Below, in pieces: positions 56,149-64,000 of a stretch of DNA of 64,000 nucleotides (positions within the stretch are counted from its first letter, which is position 1; every line of letters starts with the position of its first letter). Made by a program: the position numbers and the translations under genes. This stretch comes from Eledone cirrhosa (Eukaryota): positions 18,600,001 to 18,664,000 of the forward strand of contig OZ024745.1 of NCBI GenBank assembly GCA_964016885.1. The letters are read 5' to 3'. The notes beneath the pieces were generated by a model. It saw nothing but the letters and a program-made list of their open reading frames with translations. It searched no databases and was not told the DNA's origin.

Positions 56149-56499
56149 CGATCAGGGCCTCGTTTCCGTTGATATTTATCTAAGATTATAAGAGAGAACA
56201 AACAAATATAAATGGCAGCACAAAATATATATAAATCCCTACGAAAAGATCAAAGAATTTTGAAACCCGCCGCAAAGATCAAAGTATATTGCAGTGTAAT
56301 CTATGAGGATGATAAGAGAGATCGATACATGATTTAAATGTATATCAGATACAAGTGGCATTAATATACTATATGTCCGAATTCTCTTCTGTTTCTTCAT
56401 GGTTCATCACAAACACACCATAACTAACGTAAAATAGATTTTCTCTCAAAACAGTAGAACGCTTTTGTCAAGAATATTTTTGGGGCTCTGTTCGACGTC

Positions 56500-59400
56500 A
56501 TTGTTGTTGTTGGTGATGGTAGTGTTGTGTTGATGTTGTTGTTGGTGATGGTAGTGTTGTGTTGATGTTGTTGTTGGTGATGGTAGTGTTGTGTTGATGT
56601 TGTTGGTGATGGTAGTGTTGTGTTGATGTTGTTGTTGATGGTAGTGTTGTGTTGATGTTGTTGTTGGTGATGGTAGTGTTGTGTTGATGTTGTTGTTGGT
56701 GATGGTAGTGTTGTGTTGATGTTGTTGGTGATGGTAGTGTTGTGTTGATGTTGTTGGTGATGGTAGTGTTGTGTTGATGTTGTTGTTGATGGTAGTGTTG
56801 TGTTGATGTTGTTGGTGATGGTAGTGTTGTGTTGATGTTGTTGTTGGTGATGGTAGTGTTGTGTTGATGTTGTTGGTGATGGTAGTGTTGTGTTGATGTT
56901 GTTGGTGATGGTAGTGTTGTGTTGATGTTGTTGTTGGTGATGGTAGTGTTGTGTTGATGTTGTTGTTGGTGATGGTAGTGTTGAGTTGATGTTGTTGTTG
57001 GTGATGGTAGTGTTGTGTTGATGTCGTTGTTGGTGATGGTAGTGGTGTGTTGATGTTGTTGGTGATGGTAGTGTTGTGTTGATGTTGTTGTTGGTGATGG
57101 TAGTGTTGTGTTGATGTTGTTGTTGGTGATGGTAGTGTTGTGTTGATGTTGTTGTTGGTGATGGTAGTGTTGTGTTAATGTTGTTGTTGGTGATGGTAGT
57201 GTTGTGTTGATGTTGTTGTTGTTGATGGTAGTGTTGTGTTGATGTCGTTGTTGGTGCTGGTAGTGTTGTGTTAATGTTGTTGTTGGTGATGGTAGTGGTG
57301 TGTTGATGTTGTTGTTGGTGATGGTAGTGTTGTGTTAATGTTGTTGTTGGTGATGGTAGTGGTGTGTTGATGTTGTTGTTGGTGATGGTAGTGTTGTGTT
57401 GATGTTGTTGTTGGTGATGGTAGTGTTGTGTTGATGTTGTTGTTGGTGATGGTAGTGGTGTGTTGATGTTGTTGTTGGTGATGGTAGTGTTGTGTTGATG
57501 TTGTTGTTGTTGATGGTAGTGTTGTGTTAATGTTGTTGTTGGTGATGGTAGTGTTGTGTTGATGTTGTTGTTGGTGATGGTAGTGTTGTGTTGATGTTGT
57601 TGGTGATGGTAGTGTTGTGTTGATGTTGTTGGTGATGGTAGTGTTGTGTTGATGTTGTTGTTGATGGTAGTGTTGTGTTGATGTTGTTGTTGGTGATGGT
57701 AGTGTTGTGTTGATGTTGTTGTTGGTGATGGGAGTGTTGTGTTGATGTTGTTGGTGATGGTAGTGTTGTGTTGATGTTGTTGGTGATGGTAGTGTTGTGT
57801 TGATGTTGTTGTTGATGGTAGTGTTGTGTTGATGTTGTTGTTGGTGATGGTAGTGTTGTGTTGATGTTGTTGGTGATGGTAGTGTTGTGTTGATGTTGTT
57901 GGTGATGGTAGTGTTGTGTTGATGTTGTTGTTGGTGATGGTAGTGTTGTGTTGATGTTGTTGTTGGTGATGGTAGTGTTGTGTTGATGTTGTTGTTGGTG
58001 ATGGTAGTGTTGTGTTGATGTCGTTGTTGGTGATGGTAGTGGTGTGTTGATGTTGTTGGTGATGGTAGTGTTGTGTTGATGTTGTTGTTGCTGATGGTAG
58101 TGTTGTGTTGATGTTGTTGTTGGTGATGGTAGTGTTGTGTTGATGTTGTTGTTGGTGATGGTAGTGTTGTGTTAATGTTGTTGTTGGTGATGGTAGTGTT
58201 GTGTTGATGTTGTTGTTGTTGATGGTAGTGTTGTGTTGATGTCGTTGTTGGTGATGGTAGTGTTGTGTTAATGTTGTTGTTGGTGATGGTAGTGGTGTGT
58301 TGATGTTGTTGTTGGTGATGGTAGTGTTGTGTTAATGTTGTTGTTGGTGATGGTAGTGGTGTGTTGATGTTGTTGTTGGTGATGGTAGTGTTGTGTTGAT
58401 GTTGTTGTTGGTGATGGTAGTGTTGTGTTGATGTTGTTGTTGGTGATGGTAGTGGTGTGTTGATGTTGTTGTTGGTGATGGTAGTGTTGTGTTGATGTTG
58501 TTGTTGTTGATGGTAGTGTTGTGTTAATGTTGTTGTTGCTGATGGTAGTGGTGTGTTGATGTTGTTGTTGGTGATGGTAGTGTTGTGTTGATGTTGTTGT
58601 TGTTGATGGTAGTGTTGTGTTGATGTTGTTGTTGGTGATGGTAGTGTTGTGTTAATGTTGTTGTTGGTGATGGTAGTGGTGTGTTGATGTTGTTGTTGGT
58701 GATGGTAGTGTTGTGTTGATGTTGTTGTTGTTGATGGTAGTGTTATGTTGATGTTGTTGTTGGTGATGGTAGTGTTGTGTTAATGTTGTTGTTGGTGATG
58801 GTAGTGGAGTGTTGATGTTGTTGTTGGTGATGGTAGTGGTGTGTTGATATTGTTGTTGGTGATGGTAGTGGTGTGTTGATGTTGTTGTTGGTGATGGTAG
58901 TGTTGTGTTAATGTTGTTGTTGGTGATGGTAGTGTTGTGTTGATGTTGTTGTTGGTGATGGTAGTGGTGTGTTGATGTTGTTGTTGGTGATGGTAGTGGT
59001 GTGTTGATGTTGTTGTTGGTGATGGTAGTGGTGTGTTGATGTTGTTGTTGGTGATGGTAGTGGTGTGTTGATGTTGTTGTTGGAGATGGTAGTGGTGTGT
59101 TGATGTTGTTATTGGTGAGATGGTAGTGTTGTGTTGATGTTGTTGTTGGTGATGGTAGTGTTGTGTTAATGTTGTTGTTGGTGATGGTAGTGTTGTGTTG
59201 ATGTTGTTGTTGTTGATGGTAGTGTTATGTTGATGTTGTTGTTGGTGATGGTAGTGTTGTGTTAATGTTGTTGTTGGTGATGGTAGTGGAGTGTTGATGT
59301 TGTTGTTGGTGATGGTAGTGGTGTGTTGATGTTGTTGTTGGTGATGGTAGTGGTGTGTTGATGTTGTTGTTGGTGATGGTAGTGTTGTGTTAATGTTGTT

Positions 59401-62400
59401 GTTGGTGATGGTAGTGTTGTGTTGATGTTGTTGTTGGTGATGGTAGTGGTGTGTAGATGTTGTTGTTGGTGATGGTAGTGGTGTGTTGATGTTGTTGTTG
59501 GTGATGGTAGTGGTGTGTTGATGTTGTTGTTGGTGATGGTAGTGGTGTGTTGATGTTGTTGTTGGTGATGGTAGTGTTGTGTTGATGTTGTTGTTGGTGA
59601 TGGTAGTGTTGTGTTGATGTTGTTGTTGGTGATGGTAGTGGTGTGTTGATGTTGTTGTTGGTGATGGTAGTGTTGTGTTGATGTTGTTGTTGTTGATGGT
59701 AGTGTTGTGTTAATGTTGTTGTTGCTGATGGTAGTGGTGTGTTGATGTTGTTGTTGGTGATGGTAGTGTTGTGTTGATGTTGTTGTTGTTGATGGTAGTG
59801 TTGTGTTGATGTTGTTGTTGGTGATGGTAGTGTTGTGTTAATGTTGTTGTTGGTGATGGTAGTGGTGTGTTGATGTTGTTGTTGGTGATGGTAGTGTTGT
59901 GTTGATGTTGTTGTTGATGGTAGTGTTGTGTTGATGTTGTTGGTGATGGTAGTGTTGTGTTGATGTTGTTGTTGGTGGTAATGTTGTGTTGATGTTGTTG
60001 TTGGTGATGGTAGTGTTGTGTTGATGTTGTTATTGGTGATGGTAGTGTTGTGTTGATGTTGTTGTTGGTGGTAGTGTTGTGTTGATGTTGTTGTTGGTGA
60101 TGGTAGTGTTGTGTTGATGTTGTTGTTGGTGATGGTAGTGTTGTGTTGATGTTGTTGTTGGTGATGGTAGTGTTGTGTTGATGTTGTTGTTGGTGATGGT
60201 AGTGTTGTGTTGATGTTGTTGGTGGTGATGGTAGTGGTGTGTTGATGTTGTTGTTGGTGGTAGTGTTGTGTTGATGTTGTTGTTGGTTATGGTAGTGTTG
60301 TGTTGATGTTGTTGTTGGTGATGGTAGTGTTGTGTTGATGTTGTTGTTGATGGTAGTGTTGTGTTGATGTTGTTATTGGTGATGGTAGTGTTGTGTTGAT
60401 GTTGTTGTTGGTGGTAGTGTTGTGTTGATGTTGTTGTTGGTGATGGTAGTGTTGTGTTGATGTTGTTGTTGGTGATGGTAGTGTTGTGTTGATGTTGTTG
60501 GTGATGGTAGTGTTGCGTTGTTGTTGTTGGTGGTGGTAGTGTTGTGTTGATGTTGTTGTTGCTGATGGTAGTGTTGTGTTGATGTTGTTATTGGTGATGG
60601 TAGTGTTGTGTTGATGTTGTTGTTGGTGATGGTAGTGTTGTGTTGATGTTGTTGGTGATGGTAGTGTTGTGTTGATGTTGTTGGTGATGGTTGTGTTGTG
60701 TTGATGTTGTTGTTGGTGATGGTAGTGTTGTGTTGATGTTGTTGGTGATGGTAGTGTTGTGTTGATGTTGTTGTTGGTGATGGTAGTGTTGTGTTGATGT
60801 CGTTGTTGGTGATGGTAGTGGTGTGTTGATGTTCTTGGTGATGGTAGTGTTGTGTTGATGTTGTTGTTGCTGATGGTAGTGTTGTGTTGATGTTGTTATT
60901 GGTGATGGTAGTGTTGTGTTGATGTTGTTGTTGGTGATGGTAGTGTTGTGTTGATGTTGTTGGTGATGGTAGTGTTGTGTTGATGTTGTTGGTGATGGTT
61001 GTGTTGTGTTGATGTTGTTGTTGGTGATGGTAGTGTTGTGTTGATGTTGTTGTTGGTGATGGTAGTGTTGTGTTGATGTTGTTGTTGGTGATGGTAGTGT
61101 TGTGTTGATGTCGTTGTTGGTGATGGTAGTGGTGTGTTGATGTTGTTGGTGATGGTAGTGTTGTGTTGATGTTGTTGTTGCTGATGGTAGTGTTGTGTTG
61201 ATGTTGTTGTTGGTGATGGTAGTGTTGTGTTGATGTTGTTGTTGGTGATGGTAGTGTTGTGTTAATGTTGTTGTTGGTGATGGTAGTGTTGTGTTGATGT
61301 TGTTGTTGTTGATGGTAGTGTTGTGTTGATGTCGTTGTTGGTGATGGTAGTGTTGTGTTAATGTTGTTGTTGGTGATGGTAGTGGTGTGTTGATGTTGTT
61401 GTTGGTGATGGTAGTGTTGTGTTAATGTTGTTGTTGGTGATGGTAGTGGTGTGTTGATGTTGTTGTTGGTGATGGTAGTGTTGTGTTGATGTTGTTGTTG
61501 GTGATGGTAGTGTTGTGTTGATGTTGTTGTTGGTGATGGTTGTGGTGTGTTGATGTTGTTGTTGGTGATGGTAGTGTTGTGTTGATGTTGTTGTTGTTGA
61601 TGGTAGTGTTGTGTTAATGTTGTTGTTGCTGATGGTAGTGGTGTGTTGATGTTGTTGTTGGTGATGGTAGTGTTGTGTTGATGTTGTTGTTGTTGATGGT
61701 AGTGTTGTGTTGATGTTGTTGTTGGTGATGGTAGTGTTGTGTTAATGTTGTTGTTGGTGATGGTAGTGGTGTGTTGATGTTGTTGTTGGTGATGGTAGTG
61801 TTGTGTTGATGTTGTTGTTGTTGATGGTAGTGTTATGTTGATGTTGTTGTTGGTGATGGTAGTGTTGTGTTAATGTTGTTGTTGGTGATTGTAGTGGAGT
61901 GTTGATGTTGTTGTTGGTGATGGTAGTGGTGTGTTGATGTTGTTGTTGGTGATGGTAGTGGTGTGTTGATGTTGTTGTTGGTGATGGTAGTGTTGTGTTA
62001 ATGTTGTTGTTGGTGATGGTAGTGTTGTGTTGATGTTGTTGTTGGTGATGGTAGTGGTGTGTTGATGTTGTTGTTGGTGATGGTAGTGGTGTGTTGATGT
62101 TGTTGTTGGTGATGGTAGTGGTGTGTTGATGTTGTTGTTGGTGATGGTAGTGGTGTGTTGATGTTGTTGTTGGTGATGGTAGTGGTGTGTTGATGTTGTT
62201 ATTGGTGATGGTAGTGTTGTGTTGATGTTGGTGTTGGTGATGGTAGTGTTGTGTTGATGTTGTTGTTGGTGATGGTAATGTTGTGTTGATGTTGTTGTTG
62301 ATGGTAGTGTTGTGTTGATGTTGTTGGTGATGGTAGTGTTGTGTTGATGTTGTTGTTGGTGATGGTAGTGTTGTGTTGATGTTGTTGTTGGTGATGGTAG

Positions 62401-64000
62401 TTTTGTGTTGATGTTGTTGTTGGTGATGGTAGTGTTGTGTTGATGTTGTTGTTGGTGATGGTAGTGTTGTGTTGATGTTGTTGTTGGTGATGGTAGTGTT
62501 GTGTTGATGTTGTTGGTGATGGTAGTGTTGTGTTGATGTTGTTGTTGGTGATGGTTGTGTTGTGTTGATGTTGTTGTTGGTGATGGTAGTGTTGTGTTGA
62601 TGTTGTTGGTGATGGTAGTGTTGTGTTGATGTTGTTGGTGATGGTAGTGTTGTGTTGATGTTGTTGTTGGTGATGGTAGTGTTGTGTTGATGTTGTTGTT
62701 GATGGTAGTGGTGTGTTGATGTTATTGTTGGTGATGGTAGTGTTGTGTTGATGTTGTTGTTGATGGTAGTGTTGTGTTGATGTTGTTATTGGTGATGGTA
62801 GTGTTGTGTTGATGTTGTTGTTGGTGGTAGTGTTGTGTTGATATTGTTGTTGATGGTAGTGTTGTGTTGATGTTGTTGTTGGTGGTAGTGTTGTGTTGAT
62901 GTTGTTATTGGTGATGGTAGTGTTGTGTTGATGTTGTTGTTGATGGTAGTGTTGTGTTGATGTTGTTGGTGATGGTAGTGTTGTGTTGATGTTGTTGTTG
63001 GTGGTAGTGTTGTGTTGATGTTGTTGTTGGTGATGGTAGTGTTGTGTTGATGTTGTTGTTGGTGATGGTAGTGTTGTGTTGATGTTGTTGTTGGTGATGG
63101 TAGTGTTGTGTTGATGTTGTTGTTGGTGATGGTAGTGTTGTGTTGATGTTGTTGGTGGTGATGGTAGTGGTGTGTTGATGTTGTTGTTGGTGGTAGTGTT
63201 GTGTTGATGTTATTGTTGGTTATGGTAGTGTTGTGTTGATGTTGTTGTTGGTGATGGTAGTGTTGTGTTGATGTTGTTGTTGATGGTAGTGTTGTGTTGA
63301 TGTTGTTATTGGTGATGGTAGTGTTGTGTTGATGTTGTTGTTGGTGGTAGTGTTGTGTTGATGTTGTTGTTGGTGATGGTAGTGTTGTGTTGATGTTGTT
63401 GTTGGTGATGGTAGTGTTGTGTTGATGTTGTTGGTGATGGTAGTGTTGCATTGTTGTTGTTGGTGGTGGTAGTGTTGTGTTGATGTTGTTGTTGCTGATG
63501 GTAGTGTTGTGTTGATGTTGTTATTGGTGATGGTAGTGTTGTGTTGATGTTGTTGTTGGTGATGGTAGTGTTGTGTTGATGTTGTTGTTGATGGTAGTGT
63601 TGTGTTGAAGTTGTTGGTGATGGTTGTGTTGTGTTGATGTTGTTGTTGGTGATGGTAGTGTTGTGTTGATGTTGTTTGTGATGGTAGTGTTGTGTTGATG
63701 TTGTTGGTGATGGTAGTGTTGTGTTGATGTTGTTGTTGATGGTAGTGTTGTGTTGATGTTGTTATTGGTGATGGTAGTGTTGTGTTGATGTTGTTGTTGG
63801 TGGTAGTGTTGTGTTGATATTGTTGTTGATGGTAGTGTTGTGTTGATGTTGTTGTTGGTGATGGTAGTGTTGTGTTGATGTTGTTGTTGGTGATGGTAGT
63901 GTTGTGTTGATGTTGTTGTTGGTGATGGTAGTGGTGTGTTGATGTTGTTGTTGGTGATGGTAGTGTTGTGTTGATGTTGTTGTTGTTGATGGTAGTGTTG
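56500..64000. repeat. 32/29-bp GT-rich satellite array (>7.5 kb, continues past window end)
   Basis: Unit GTTGTTGTTGGTGATGGTAGTGTTGTGTTGAT with one GTT/GGT often deleted; roughly 240 copies. Confidence 0.97.

Noticed and set aside
62786-63451. His/Gln/Thr/Asn-rich ORF
   Set aside because: Stop-poor strand of a 32-bp satellite whose unit is not a multiple of three.

Overview
Eukaryotic, AT-rich, repeat-dominated DNA. The microsatellite and SINE/LINE/Penelope content suggests a cephalopod (Octopus-like) genome, but that is an inference. I found no convincing intact host protein-coding gene, and most ORF-track calls are translations of (TA)n/(TG)n/(GA)n tracts or satellites. The window contains: R4/Dong-type RLE retrotransposon 3' ends, two of them in tandem in (TAA)n; CRE-type fragments; a near-complete decayed RTE LINE (38.7-41.8 kb); a decayed CR1/L2-group LINE (47.8-50 kb); many tRNA-derived SINEs; a mariner-type MITE; a ~610-bp non-autonomous RTE-like family; three tandem arrays (83, 45 and 32/29 bp units); and many Penelope-like element (PLE) remnants inserted in (TA)n. 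The most notable signal is RNA structure. At least seven sequence-unrelated minimal type I hammerhead ribozyme motifs sit in these remnants, including a U3-A8 core variant. One repeat family carries the three hammerhead segments in a non-circularly permuted order, with compensatory pairing in stem I but an unresolved stem II. There is also an HDV-like fold at the end of the non-autonomous element, and a cluster of long palindromes/inverted ends at 31-47 kb. All structures were folded by eye and none has been tested.
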